DNA of 57,469 nt from an uncultured bacterium. Lineage in GTDB: Bacteria; Verrucomicrobiota; Kiritimatiellia; RFP12; UBA1067. The notes beneath the pieces were generated by a model. That model had not been told where the DNA came from, made no database searches, and saw only the letters and a program-made list of their open reading frames with translations. Positions 26,948 through 35,402 of the stretch are shown piece by piece; the first letter of the stretch is position 1, and each line of letters opens with the position of its first letter. The stretch covers positions 1 through 57,469 of the forward strand of contig CACWSW010000022.1 in NCBI GenBank assembly GCA_902763655.1, written 5' to 3'. The position numbers and the translations under genes were made by a program.

Positions 26948-26957
26948 ATTATACACA
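26948..26957 (-). promoter_or_regulatory. -10 box (TGTG-TATAAT) 7 nt upstream of ATG 26940 (leaderless-type)
   Basis: TATAAT at 26953-26948; no SD between it and the ATG. Confidence 0.6.
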
Positions 26958-26995
26958 ATCCATGGTCCGCATGGGGAGAAAAGAATCAGGCAGCC

Positions 26996-28933
26996 CTATG
27001 GCGCGAGCGTGACGGAGATGGTTGCGGTGCCATCGGCTGCGGCAGGGACAGCGAACGAGATACGGCGGAAACCCTTGTTGGTGCAATCCCACGGATTGAC
27101 GGGCTTGTCGAGCTCCAGCACATCCCACTTCACCTGCTTCGGCGTCTCCACGTGCAAGAAGAGCCGTTTGCCCTTCTGCGCCAGCACGAGACGATTCCCC
27201 TCGCTCGACTCCACCGTGCCCGAGGTGACCATCTGCCAGCGCAGCGGCGTGCCGGGCGCAACGCCGGAGAAGTCGTCCCGCACCGTGGCCGCGCGCGTCG
27301 CGCGGTCGAGCGTGAAGGTGCGCCTGGCGGATTTCACGCAAGGGCCGTAGATGGACGCGAGGTCCAGCTGCACGGTGGTGAGTCCGGCCGGGACGACATT
27401 CGCGAAGCCGGCGACCATCTGGCGGTTGGTGCCGACGACCACGAGGTTGTGGCTCTCGTTGCCGAGGCGGAACACGTCCCAGCGCGAGGAATTCTGCTTC
27501 ATGTTGAAGAGCGTGAACGTGCCGAGTTTCTCGATCGAGTGGTAGTTCTGCGAACCAAGGTCCTCAGCCCAGCGCACACCGTCCGCGTCGAACACGAACG
27601 AGCCCACGTCCATGTGCCCGTGGTTGTATTTTGGCATGCCGCCCTTGACGCCGAGGAACGACGCGTCCGGCGTAAAGCCGCTGCGGAGCGCGGCGACCGG
27701 ATTCTCGCCATGCGAAAGGTAGCGGAGCGGCAAGCGGCTGGGCGCGTCCACGAGCGGAAAGCGTCCCCAGAGAAGGACGAGCGCGGGAAAGCGTCCTGTG
27801 ACATCCTCGGTCTTGCCCGTCTCTTTCCACTTCGCCGTGGCGGCGCGGAGAGCGGCATGCTCGCGGGCTAGCCAGTCCGTGCGCCCAGTCTGCGCGGCGA
27901 ACCACCAGAGCGTGTCGGCGCTGCGCCGAGAGCGTCCGCAGTCGGAATAGTTGAAGTAGAATCCGGACGTTCCGGTGAGGGCGTTGATGTATTCGCCCGT
28001 GTGCAGGAAGCCGGGCGCGTCGGCAAGGCCGAAGTCCGTGCCGAGGGCGGAGCGCCAGATGGCGAGAAGGTAGACGATGCGTCCCGTGCCGTAGCCCCAG
28101 TAGCCGGGCCCTTCGGGATATGCACCCACGGGAGCGTATGGCTCGAACGTGCGTGGAAGAGCGTGGACGGCCTCGAGAATGAGCGCCTCGGCACGCGCGG
28201 GATCGTCCTCGGCTGTGGCGATGGCGGCGGCGGTGACGCCGTTCCAGCAGACCTGCCCCCAGTTGTTGTTCGTCTTGCGCCACCAGCTCTGCTGGCGCTC
28301 GATCTCGTCGAAGCCCTTGTCCTTCATCGCCGCCAGGATCGTCGCCCGGTCGTCGGGACCGAGCGCGTCGTAGCACCAGTCGTAGCCGATCGCGAGGCCG
28401 AGCAGCATCTCGGCGACTCCGAGGTAGTGCGTGGGCACCCAGTCGCTCCAGGCGCACGCGGACAGCATCTCCTCGCGGCAGCGGTCGGCGTAGCGGCGTT
28501 CGCCGAACATCTGCCATGCCGAGGAAAGCGCGATGACGCGCGAGGTGAACGTGTTGCCGGTCGACAGGCGGCGTCCCGTCTGGCGGCGCGGCGGCGCCTT
28601 CGAGCCCATCACATCGTCTGCCGCCTGGCGGATGCGCGCCACGAGAAAGCGCTGCTCGTCGCACAGTCCGGCGTCGTCGCGGAATCGCGACAGGGCGGAA
28701 GAGCTGTTGATGAAGAGGCGCGGATGCGTCTTAGGCATCGTCGCAAGACGGTCGCGAACCTGCTGCGCCGTGACCTTGCGTGGATCCTGCGACTTCTTCT
28801 TCGCCTCTGGCGTTGCCGCGGTTGTGGCATCCACGGCGGGCTTGGCCGACGCGGACGGCGTCGGGCTGCTGGTGCTGACGGTACAGCCGCCAAGCAGCAG
28901 TACCGCGAACAAAGCATAGATTCTGATCTGCAT
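26996..28933 (-). CDS. Heparinase II/III-like polysaccharide lyase, lipoprotein
   Basis: Lipobox LLGGC; HPRLF, NNWGQVC, EGPGYWGYG, FNYSD, HGHMDVGSFV.D..GVRWA.DLG, HN motifs. Start ATG 28933. Confidence 0.85.
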   Translation of the reverse strand: MQIRIYALFAVLLLGGCTVSTSSPTPSASAKPAVDATTAATPEAKKKSQDPRKVTAQQVRDRLATMPKTHPRLFINSSSALSRFRDDAGLCDEQRFLVARIRQAADDVMGSKAPPRRQTGRRLSTGNTFTSRVIALSSAWQMFGERRYADRCREEMLSACAWSDWVPTHYLGVAEMLLGLAIGYDWCYDALGPDDRATILAAMKDKGFDEIERQQSWWRKTNNNWGQVCWNGVTAAAIATAEDDPARAEALILEAVHALPRTFEPYAPVGAYPEGPGYWGYGTGRIVYLLAIWRSALGTDFGLADAPGFLHTGEYINALTGTSGFYFNYSDCGRSRRSADTLWWFAAQTGRTDWLAREHAALRAATAKWKETGKTEDVTGRFPALVLLWGRFPLVDAPSRLPLRYLSHGENPVAALRSGFTPDASFLGVKGGMPKYNHGHMDVGSFVFDADGVRWAEDLGSQNYHSIEKLGTFTLFNMKQNSSRWDVFRLGNESHNLVVVGTNRQMVAGFANVVPAGLTTVQLDLASIYGPCVKSARRTFTLDRATRAATVRDDFSGVAPGTPLRWQMVTSGTVESSEGNRLVLAQKGKRLFLHVETPKQVKWDVLELDKPVNPWDCTNKGFRRISFAVPAAADGTATISVTLAP

Positions 28934-28939
28934 GCGGGA

Positions 28940-28950
28940 AGTATACCACA
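28940..28950 (-). promoter_or_regulatory. Extended -10 (TGTGG-TATACT) 6 nt upstream of ATG 28933 (leaderless-type)
   Basis: Seen directly; no SD. Confidence 0.65.
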
Positions 28951-28952
28951 AA

Positions 28953-31900
28953 TCACCGGAAGATCACGGCCGTGCCGGCACCGAACACCCGGCAGAAGAA
29001 CGCGCCGCCCGCGATCCCGAAGCGCACATGCCTGTTCGCACCGAGGTTCGTCACCGTCCAGCGCGCGGCGAGGTCGCCCGTGCCGGTGTCCACCACCTCC
29101 GCGCCCTGGCCGATCACCCACGTGCCCGTGGCCGTCGGCGACGGCAGCGTCACCGTGCCGCCGCCGCAGACGATGACCTTGCGCGGCGTCGAAACGAACG
29201 GACCCTTGTTCGCGTCCGAGACCGTGAGCGCCGTGCCGTCGACGATCTCCACGTCGCCCGGATAGGCGGTACTGGCGGCCGGGTCAATCGTGAGCGGACG
29301 GAACGTGGCCGGAATGGACGTGACGCCCGCCGGCAGCACGAGCGCGCCGCCCGCCATCTCGAAGACACCCGTGAAGTTCGTCGGGTTCTGCCCGAGCGTC
29401 AGCTCCGCCCCAGCCGGCAGCACGAGCAGACCGTCGCCCGCGAGCGTACCCGCGAACGTGTTGGTGGAGGTAATCGCGAGGCGGCCGCTCGCAAGGTCGA
29501 GCGTGCCCGCGCCCGTGAGCGCGCCGAAGGACTCGTCCGTGCCGTTCACCTCCAGCGTCGCCCCGGCGTCCACCGCCACCGCGCCGTCCGCGGGCAGCAC
29601 GCGCAGCGCCCCGGCGTCCGCGCGCATCACGGCGCGCACCTGCGGGATGTTGAACGGCTTGTCGAACACCTTCACCTCGTCGAGGCAGCCCCTGAACGGC
29701 GCATCCACCGCCGTCGACTTCCCGCCAAGGTAGAACACGCCGCCATTGCGGCAGGAATCGTAGTTGAACGCCCCGGCCGAGTTCTTGCCGCTCACGTCCT
29801 CGCCGTCCGTGTAGATGTTGACGCCGCGCGCCGGGTCGTAGACGAGCGCCAGATGGTGCCAGCGCAGGTCCCGCTCGGAAAGAAAGAGCCCCGCAAGCGC
29901 GTTCTCGAGAAAGACGTCCTTGGCAACGCCTTCCACAGGCCTCACGTAATAGCGCAAGCTTTTCCAGCTATGGTCGTGGTGGTCGCAGGAGAGCATGCAG
30001 CCGATCGTCGCCGCCGTGGGGCTGCCCCAGCAAATGAACGTCGGCGCATGGTATGCATTGAGCGCTTCGATCTTCGTCAGGTCGTCCAGAACGGATCCCT
30101 GCACCCACAGCGACACGGTGAAGGGCCGTCCGTTGGAGGGAATCGCCTCGGGGAACGTCGTGCTCTCCAGCCGCGCCCCGAACCGAAGCGCCTTGCCGCC
30201 GAGCGGGGAGTCAACCTGCGTGAGCGTGCCGTTTCCGGCCTTCTTCAGGTGGGCGCCACCCGGCGCGGAATCCTTGCCGAGATTGGAGGAATCCTCGAAG
30301 GCGTAGTGCAGGACGGGCGCGGGCACGTGCGCGAGCGTGTCCGGCGCCTCGCCGCGCGCCGCGCCGACGGGGTCGCGCCCCGCGTAGAGGCGAAGCACGT
30401 CCGCCTCGTCGAGCGCCTTCGCGTAGATGCGCACGTCGTCGAGGAGTCCCTTGTACTGGCGGTCCGTCTTCTCGAGCTGACGACCGATGCAGACCTGCTT
30501 TGACTCCGGGATCATCAGAACCTGGGTGTTGGCTTGCGTCCATTTCTGCACGCCGTCGCAGTAGACGGTGTACGTCGTTCCCTTTCGCACAGCCACGTAG
30601 TGGTGCCACGCGCCGGCGGGGTTCGCCACGGTGGGGATGCCGGTGAAGTCGAGCACTCCGCCCCAGTGCGTCAGGACAAAACTGCCTCCTGATACGGCGT
30701 TCTGATGGCGGAAGACGATTTCCTGGAAGTCGGCCTGCTGGCCAAGGGAAACGAGCGTCGCGTTGTTGGGCGCGTCGGCGTCCGGCTTCGCCCACACGCT
30801 GACCGTGTAGTCCGTGTTGCCCGAGAGAACCGGCGAGTTGATCGTGGTCTCCAGCCCTTGGGTGGCCGTGCCCGGCAGGCGCACGACCCATCCGCGGGAC
30901 GCATCCCACTCCCGCGTCACTTCCTTCTGTGTGCTGAGGCGCCGGTGAGACCGGCTCCACTCGAAGCCGGGGTCGTCGCCATCGAAGTCGTAGATGCCGA
31001 AGATGGTCGGCTGCGTGGCCGTGCTGAGGAGCGTGAGCCGTCCGGCCTTCACCTCCGTGCCGCCCGTGTGCTTGGCCGTGCCCGTGAGCTTCAGCTCGCC
31101 GTCGCCGTCCTTCACGAGGGCGTTCGCGCCCATGGTCTCGCCGCTGTACGTGCCGCCGCCCGTCAGCGTGAGCGTACCGCCCGACGGCATCGCGAGCGCG
31201 CCGCGCACACCGTCGCAGACGATGTTCGTGGCAGGAATGACAGGAGAACCTGCGAGCAGGATGCGCCCGTTCAGCTCCGTCCGAAGCTTCGTCCCTGCTG
31301 GAATCCCCAGCGGCTCGCCCGCCGCCGCCACCGAACTGGCCGCAAACGGCTCCTCGCCCGCAAAGAGGCGCGCCACGCCCGTGCGGCCCACGGCGTGCGA
31401 ATAGACGGTCACGTCGTCGATGTCGCCGCAGAAAAAGCGTTCGCTCTGGGCGAGCCAGCCGAGGCTGATCTGCACGGTCGCCGGCAGTTTGAGCTCCAGC
31501 CTCATGTCGGACTTGTCGTACAGCTGCACGCCGTCGCACCACACGCCCACGCGCGGACCTTCGCGCATGATGACGAAGTGGTGCCACTCCGCCGGATTCG
31601 CGGGTGCCGGAAGATCGGAGAAGTCGCCCGTCGGGTTCCAGTGTCCGAGCAGCATCTGGGCGCAGTTCTGGTCCTTGTACCGGAACTGGATGAGCTGGCT
31701 GTCGGTCTGGGTGCTGCCGATGGAGATCATCGTCGGGAAGCCGTTCGCCACGGGCGTCGCCTTCGTCTTCGCCCACAGGCTCACCGTGTAGTCGGTGTCG
31801 CCCGTCAGCTCGGACTGTCCCGCCACGGTGGCGACGAGCTTGCCGCCGGAAGTGGCCGCCCCCTCGAAATGCGCCACCTTGCCGCCGCGCGCAGCGTCGT

Positions 31901-32861
31901 CGATCCACGTCACGGCGCCGCTGGCCACGAGATTGCGGCCGTGCCCCGAGGAGTCCGCCGTGAGGGAGGTCTCGAAATCGTACTTCGCGAACGGCTTCGC
32001 GGCGCCCGTCTTGGATTCAAGGTGCAGCACGCCCTCGCGCGCGCCGTACGTGACGTTCGGCTGGATGTTCGTGACCGCGAGGCTCGTCACCACGGCCATG
32101 ACGCCGCCCGTGCCCGTAACGTCCGCCTCCAGCCCGCCCGGCCCCGTCGCGCCCATCAGCACGGTGTTGCCCGCGAGGTCGAACGTGCCGCCCACGTCGC
32201 TGCGGAGCGAGCCGACGCCGACGCGCGACGAGAAGTTGGTGAACACGAACTGCCCGGCCGGATCCGTCACGCGCACGTCCGTCCAGAAGAGCGCGTCCTG
32301 CACCATCGGGATCAGCTTGCCCTCCGCCACCTGGAACTCGCGGCGGGAGTGCAGCTGCCTGTAGAAGGAGGAGATGCGGATGATGCCGTCGCCTTCCTTG
32401 CGCACCGGCCCCTTGTCTTCCGGCACGAGCGTGCCGTCGGAAACGTTGAACGGAAAGTAGCCGAACGACGACGTGTACGTATGGAACGTGGAGTTTCCAT
32501 CGTTCTTCACCCACCAGGTGCTCGCCATGGTCCCGTCCGGTTCGGCCGGGCGCATCACGAGTCCGTCCAGACGCGCCACCGCATTGTTTCCGTAGAAGTC
32601 CTTATACGCCAAGATGGTCGCGCCGTCCGCCAACGGGAAATACGCGACGTTCGTCGAGATGCAGTGCTCGCCCCCCTGCCAGTTCGTGTACACGACGTTC
32701 GTCGTGACGACTTCCAGCCCGCCCTCCACGTTCGTGCTCACGACGTTTGCGGAGGCGAACCAATCGCCGCCGCCCGGCGTGATCCACGTGTTCGTGACAA
32801 CGTCAGCCCGCGCGGCGATGCCGATCGCCGCCGTGCAAGCCAAACAGGCCAATCTCCTCAT
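28953..32861 (-). CDS. Large secreted protein with three LamG/concanavalin-A-like domains and autotransporter-associated beta-strand (PATR-like) repeats; no C-terminal beta-barrel
   Basis: Three modules with Y.F(E/D)...DYTVS.W.K...WHH...YxDG...F.G.LD(D/E)V; PATR-like LVKDGDGELKLTG...TGGTEVKAGRL; ends GAGTAVIFR. Confidence 0.85.
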   Translation of the reverse strand: MRRLACLACTAAIGIAARADVVTNTWITPGGGDWFASANVVSTNVEGGLEVVTTNVVYTNWQGGEHCISTNVAYFPLADGATILAYKDFYGNNAVARLDGLVMRPAEPDGTMASTWWVKNDGNSTFHTYTSSFGYFPFNVSDGTLVPEDKGPVRKEGDGIIRISSFYRQLHSRREFQVAEGKLIPMVQDALFWTDVRVTDPAGQFVFTNFSSRVGVGSLRSDVGGTFDLAGNTVLMGATGPGGLEADVTGTGGVMAVVTSLAVTNIQPNVTYGAREGVLHLESKTGAAKPFAKYDFETSLTADSSGHGRNLVASGAVTWIDDAARGGKVAHFEGAATSGGKLVATVAGQSELTGDTDYTVSLWAKTKATPVANGFPTMISIGSTQTDSQLIQFRYKDQNCAQMLLGHWNPTGDFSDLPAPANPAEWHHFVIMREGPRVGVWCDGVQLYDKSDMRLELKLPATVQISLGWLAQSERFFCGDIDDVTVYSHAVGRTGVARLFAGEEPFAASSVAAAGEPLGIPAGTKLRTELNGRILLAGSPVIPATNIVCDGVRGALAMPSGGTLTLTGGGTYSGETMGANALVKDGDGELKLTGTAKHTGGTEVKAGRLTLLSTATQPTIFGIYDFDGDDPGFEWSRSHRRLSTQKEVTREWDASRGWVVRLPGTATQGLETTINSPVLSGNTDYTVSVWAKPDADAPNNATLVSLGQQADFQEIVFRHQNAVSGGSFVLTHWGGVLDFTGIPTVANPAGAWHHYVAVRKGTTYTVYCDGVQKWTQANTQVLMIPESKQVCIGRQLEKTDRQYKGLLDDVRIYAKALDEADVLRLYAGRDPVGAARGEAPDTLAHVPAPVLHYAFEDSSNLGKDSAPGGAHLKKAGNGTLTQVDSPLGGKALRFGARLESTTFPEAIPSNGRPFTVSLWVQGSVLDDLTKIEALNAYHAPTFICWGSPTAATIGCMLSCDHHDHSWKSLRYYVRPVEGVAKDVFLENALAGLFLSERDLRWHHLALVYDPARGVNIYTDGEDVSGKNSAGAFNYDSCRNGGVFYLGGKSTAVDAPFRGCLDEVKVFDKPFNIPQVRAVMRADAGALRVLPADGAVAVDAGATLEVNGTDESFGALTGAGTLDLASGRLAITSTNTFAGTLAGDGLLVLPAGAELTLGQNPTNFTGVFEMAGGALVLPAGVTSIPATFRPLTIDPAASTAYPGDVEIVDGTALTVSDANKGPFVSTPRKVIVCGGGTVTLPSPTATGTWVIGQGAEVVDTGTGDLAARWTVTNLGANRHVRFGIAGGAFFCRVFGAGTAVIFR

Positions 32862-32939
32862 CTTCTGCGCTCCTTCTTGTCGGCGCGCACCGCTCGCGCG
32901 GCGCGCAAACTTTACCTAGCTGCAAGTTTACGTGCGGCA

Positions 32940-32950
32940 ATCATATCATA
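32940..32950 (-). promoter_or_regulatory. Extended -10 (TATGA-TATGAT) for the LamG protein gene
   Basis: AT-rich intergenic; TTGCCG about 18 nt upstream as a possible -35. Confidence 0.45.
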
Positions 32951-33007
32951 TTCCAGCCTTTTTCGGCAAGACGCTTCGTCAGTGCGAGCGACACCGTGTA
33001 AACGTGC

Positions 33008-35380
33008 TTACGGCGCGATAACGACGCGCTCGAGAGGCGACAATGTGAAGGACAGCTTGCCGCAGGACGGCTGTTTGACTTCGCGTGGCGCACCGAACAT
33101 CACACGAGTGCCGGCAAAAGGAAGCGTTACCGCCGTCTCCTTGTTCCGCGCGTTGACCACCACGAGCCGACGCTCCGCACCGAGTGTCCAGGCCATCGCA
33201 TAGACGCCATCGACGTCCTCAGCCAGCAGTTCGCCTTTTCCGTCCAGCACGAAAGGAACAATTCCGCGCATCTCGGCGGGAAACATCTGCACCGCCTCCA
33301 GCAGGTCTGGCGCCTGGCGGATGTCGAAGGAACCGTCCGAGAACACGTAGTAGATGATACCCTTCGCGCCAGCCATCAGCGAGAGATAGCTCATCGCACG
33401 GAACTCACGCGCGTCGGGCCACCGCGGCCACGAACCTTTCTTGTCGTACTTCTGCCCGCCAAACGCCTGCCCCACGGCCCAAAGCGCCGTGTCCGCCTTG
33501 TTGGCCGCCGCCTTCGCCTCCTTGAACCGGCGGTAGACGTCGTCGACGGGACGGCGCGGCACCGGATATGGGTCGGGGGCGAGCACGTCCGTGCCCGCCG
33601 CGTAGTTGGCGTACTGGCTCGGCACGCAGATGACCGTATAGGCGATGTGGTCGGAGTCGATCTGCTTGAAGCTGTCGTAGCGTCGGAACATCTCCTGCGG
33701 CGTAATCCCCTTAGGCGCCGGCTCGTCACCGGGGTTCCACCCCATCACGGCCGGTTTCCCGCGGTACTTGCGGATCACCGACTCTGCCCTTCCCACGTCG
33801 AACTCGGTGATCACGCGAATCCCGAGTTTCGCGCACGCGTCGAGGAACGCGCCGTACCCGTCACCATCGTACTCGTCGCCGCGCATGCCCACGTGAACCG
33901 TGTTGTATCCCCACTTCGCCACGTCCTTGACCATGGCGAGACGCTCCGCCGCCGGAATCGTCCAGGAGACCTCGTAGAAGCCAAGCGGGAAGAACGGCCT
34001 GCCGTTCTCCAGCAGCACATGGTCGTCGCGCATCCGGTACTTCGGCTCGGGATGCGTGAAGAAGTACGTTTCCTCGCCTTCGCCCCAGTCAAGCAGTTTG
34101 CGCTCCAACCGATCCAGCGACTCCAGGAATCCGTCCCGGTAGCAGAGCTTCGCGCGGAACACGTGCGCGCCGGGGGCAAGGCCGTCCACCGGGATCGTCC
34201 AGTCGCCATCCTTCGCCTCGCGCATCTGCCACGCACCATCGTCGATTTGCCACGCCGCCCCATCAGGGGAGGACCACGCTCCCGCGCGGCCGCATCCTGC
34301 AAACGCCATCTGCGCCACCAACTCATCTCCCGGATACAAATGCTTGCGCTTCAGGCGGATCCCGACCGCGAGCGGCGTCGTTTCCTCCCATTCGCAGGAG
34401 AGAAGCGGCTGGCCATCCGCCTGCACGTCCAGCTTCGACTCCACTTTTCCGCTGCGCATGATCGCGCACGCCACCTCCAACGTCACCTCGCCGTTCGCAG
34501 GCACCTTGACGAAGGCCGTTTCCGTTGCCGTTGCCGCGTTGCCCTTCCACGAGGCGTTCCGTACGTTCAACAAGGCGGACAGTTTCCGGATGCGCCCCGG
34601 CTCCACCTTCATTTGGATACGCGCGACGCGCTTGCCGGGGCCGCCGCCGTCGAGGTTCGGCTCGAAGGAAATGATCTCTGCGCCCTTCTCGCGCAGACGG
34701 CGGTGTGCCGCAATGTTCTCGAGAAGCGCCAGCGCAATCGGGCTGTTCTTAAGCGACGCCGCGCTCGTAAGCACCACCATTCCTTTACCCCATTTGCGGT
34801 AGGCGAAGATCGGCGCGCCGTCCACGCACGCGACCGGCTTGTGCCACGCCTCGCCAAGTTTCGTCAGATGTGTCCACTGGTGGTAGTTGTCGCGGATGAG
34901 GCGGCCGAGCGGCTTCGGGCAGTCGGTCAGCGGATCCGGATGTGCGGTGAGGACGCGCGTCTCCTCGGAAGGTTTCGTGTGCGCGGAGCAAGAAGCGCAG
35001 CCACACGCGAACTCGGGACCGAACGCCCCCACCCAAGCCCCCAGCACGGAACCGTAGTTTGCGTCCGTGATGATGAGATTGCCGCCGCCTTCGAGCCACT
35101 TCCGCCATGCCGCAGCGTATGGACCAATATTCACCGTCTGGGTGTAGTTGGCGACCGACGCCGCGATGACAAACTGGTAGTCGCCAAGCTTTTCCGTCAG
35201 CTCAGGCAGGCGCGTGTTCTGAAATTTGTCGAATGACCATCCGAGAGCCTTTAGGTGCTTGTCGTACTCGCTCGCGAACGCACTCTTCGACCAGTCGCTG
35301 TGCACGACGGCGGCGCGTTCAGCCTCGGCCGAACATGCAAGCAAGGTGGCATACAAAAGCACGAAGATGCTCTTCTTCAT
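33008..35380 (-). CDS. Secreted uncharacterised glycoside-hydrolase-like protein (TIM-barrel C-terminal domain)
   Basis: Signal peptide (start ATG 35380); ENGRPFFPLGFY, GYNTV, MGWNPGDEP, PDPYP, GQAF, GAKGIIYY motifs typical of uncharacterised clan GH-A-like barrels. Confidence 0.75.
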   Translation of the reverse strand: MKKSIFVLLYATLLACSAEAERAAVVHSDWSKSAFASEYDKHLKALGWSFDKFQNTRLPELTEKLGDYQFVIAASVANYTQTVNIGPYAAAWRKWLEGGGNLIITDANYGSVLGAWVGAFGPEFACGCASCSAHTKPSEETRVLTAHPDPLTDCPKPLGRLIRDNYHQWTHLTKLGEAWHKPVACVDGAPIFAYRKWGKGMVVLTSAASLKNSPIALALLENIAAHRRLREKGAEIISFEPNLDGGGPGKRVARIQMKVEPGRIRKLSALLNVRNASWKGNAATATETAFVKVPANGEVTLEVACAIMRSGKVESKLDVQADGQPLLSCEWEETTPLAVGIRLKRKHLYPGDELVAQMAFAGCGRAGAWSSPDGAAWQIDDGAWQMREAKDGDWTIPVDGLAPGAHVFRAKLCYRDGFLESLDRLERKLLDWGEGEETYFFTHPEPKYRMRDDHVLLENGRPFFPLGFYEVSWTIPAAERLAMVKDVAKWGYNTVHVGMRGDEYDGDGYGAFLDACAKLGIRVITEFDVGRAESVIRKYRGKPAVMGWNPGDEPAPKGITPQEMFRRYDSFKQIDSDHIAYTVICVPSQYANYAAGTDVLAPDPYPVPRRPVDDVYRRFKEAKAAANKADTALWAVGQAFGGQKYDKKGSWPRWPDAREFRAMSYLSLMAGAKGIIYYVFSDGSFDIRQAPDLLEAVQMFPAEMRGIVPFVLDGKGELLAEDVDGVYAMAWTLGAERRLVVVNARNKETAVTLPFAGTRVMFGAPREVKQPSCGKLSFTLSPLERVVIAP
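34267..34293. repeat. Degenerate REP-like copy inside CDS 33008-35380
   Basis: GGGAG-GACCACGC-TCCC-GCGCGGCC-GC matches the 20325-20351 copy at 23 of 27 positions (manual alignment). Confidence 0.65.
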
Positions 35381-35402
35381 CGTCCTCGTCCCCAATGATG
35401 GA

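Noticed and set aside
28953-32861. Classical type Va autotransporter
   Set aside because: No ~280-aa C-terminal beta-barrel.
32907-32929. AAACTT-N11-AAGTTT dyad as an operator for the LamG gene
   Set aside because: Only 6-bp arms, not repeated elsewhere in the window, and no cognate regulator nearby.
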